Positions 55,016-56,022 of a stretch of DNA of 56,022 bases are shown here, one piece after another. A program made the position numbers and the translations under genes. This stretch comes from an uncultured bacterium (GTDB lineage Bacteria > Bacteroidota > Bacteroidia > Bacteroidales > JACABE01): assembly GCA_903911455.1 (NCBI GenBank), contig CAIWDQ010000383.1, positions 1-56,022 of the forward strand. The letters run 5' to 3'. The notes under the pieces were generated by a model that saw only the letters and a list, made by a program, of their open reading frames with translations, was not told the origin of the DNA and ran no database searches. The stretch's first letter is position 1. Each line of letters begins with the position of its first letter.

Positions 55016-55870
55016 TTAACAACAAATACGATCGCAGGTGTTATTGTCAAATTCAGTTTCAATAGTTGTGTGATGGATATTAAGATGTAAAAGTTCATGT
55101 TTGATTTCCTCAATAATAGCATGAAGCTGATCGCTGGTAATATTAGAACTAACAACCAGATGAGCAGTCAAAGCATTTTCGGTAGTACTTAAAGCCCAGA
55201 TGTGGATATGATGGAAATCAATGACACCATCAAGTTGCTTGGCAGTGCTTTTAACATTCTCAATATTAATACCAACCGGAACAGCATCAAGCGAAAGCTT
55301 AAAACTATCTCTGAGTAAACTCCATGTGCTAGCAATAATTACAAAAGCAATAATTAAACTTAAAACTGCATCAATCCAATATAAATGAGTGTAAAAAATA
55401 ATAATCCCTCCTGCAACTAAACCAACCGAAACCACTGCATCTGAAAGCAAATGAAGAAATGCACTCTTAATATTAAGATCACTATCTTTGAAACGAATAA
55501 ATAATATTGCTGTAAAGGAATTAATAATAATACCTACCCCAGCAACTATCGAAATAATGAGTCCTGGCATGGGCTCGGGATTAAATAAGCGATGAATAGC
55601 TTCGTAACCAATAGCTCCAATAGATATTAAAAGCACAACAGCGTTGAAAAGTGCAGCAAGTATTGTAGTTTTTTTATAGCCATAAGTGTATTTATCAGTC
55701 GCTTTAACTTTGCTCATCCTAATCACAAATAAAGATAATGATAAAGCAGCTACATCTGCCAGATTATGTCCGGCATCAGAAAGAAGTGAGAGAGAATGAA
55801 TAGAAAGACCTGCAATGACTTCAATCAAAACAAAAACAAAATTAAGAATAATACCAATAATAAATGCCAT
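55016..55870 (-). CDS. cation diffusion facilitator transporter (CzcD/ZitB-like), 5' end apparently missing
   Basis: 284 aa from the first ATG. Motif HSLSLLSDAGHNLAD and six TM helices. The frame stays open upstream and encodes THNHNHHHTH (a His-rich N-tail) with no start codon before the GC-rich junction. Confidence 0.8.
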   Translation of the reverse strand: MAFIIGIILNFVFVLIEVIAGLSIHSLSLLSDAGHNLADVAALSLSLFVIRMSKVKATDKYTYGYKKTTILAALFNAVVLLISIGAIGYEAIHRLFNPEPMPGLIISIVAGVGIIINSFTAILFIRFKDSDLNIKSAFLHLLSDAVVSVGLVAGGIIIFYTHLYWIDAVLSLIIAFVIIASTWSLLRDSFKLSLDAVPVGINIENVKSTAKQLDGVIDFHHIHIWALSTTENALTAHLVVSSNITSDQLHAIIEEIKHELLHLNIHHTTIETEFDNNTCDRICC

Positions 55871-55921
55871 ATTGATAGTTGTTACAGTTTGATGCGTATG
55901 ATGATGATTATGATTATGAGT

Positions 55922-56022
55922 AGGCTTGCGCGACTTTCGTCCCGTTCCACAAGCCCGAGGTGATCGCCGTCACCGAGGTTTTGAGCAGCGCCGTGCTTGC
56001 GCGCGCGCCTTGATCGTAGACG
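55922..56022. other. GC-rich segment of foreign composition at the window edge
   Basis: Composition changes abruptly from AT-rich to clearly GC-rich. On the minus strand a GC3-rich frame (..TALLKTSVTAITSGLWNGTKVAQAYS*) enters from beyond the window and stops at 55914-55916. Confidence 0.6.

Noticed and set aside
1-56022. Prophage, IS element, integron, toxin-antitoxin or known defence-system gene content
   Set aside because: No ORF shows integrase, transposase, capsid/terminase, restriction-modification, Cas or similar motifs. The only mobile-type elements seen are the GIY-YIG cassette and the ORF-less intron.

Overview
AT-rich (roughly two-thirds A+T by eye) chromosomal segment with Bacteroidota hallmarks: several cargo proteins end in T9SS C-terminal sorting domains, and TAnnTTTG-type -7 promoter boxes sit a short distance upstream of many start codons. 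Coding content: an ADP-forming acetyl-CoA-synthetase-family gene with membrane proteins and a porin; tRNA-Asn with a GIY-YIG gene and a decayed tRNA-Asn copy; a PfkB kinase; an EF-G paralog with a degenerate GTPase centre; large T9SS adhesin-like genes, two of them interrupted by frameshifts; two back-to-back RND efflux operons (one TetR-linked, one CzcCBA-like with an OmpR/HK pair); a Na+/solute symporter; recR; hemW; an orphan histidine kinase; a GH27 alpha-galactosidase; hisS; aroC; and a CDF transporter. The non-coding DNA is the most unusual part. (i) Seven intergenic arrays of degenerate tandem repeats are locked to a 21-bp (or 41-42-bp) period, each with its own consensus. (ii) A family of 7-bp AATTAnG microsatellites sits at gene boundaries, once as a 26-bp perfect inverted repeat. 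(iii) A ~686-nt ORF-less group II intron lies behind terminator-like hairpins of an RND operon. (iv) There are repeated hairpin modules and REP-like palindromes. (v) The last ~100 bp switch abruptly to GC-rich sequence, which removes the 5' end of the CDF gene. I saw no CRISPR array, rRNA, transposase, integrase or prophage genes. All family calls come from motif recognition by eye; no searches or folding programs were run.
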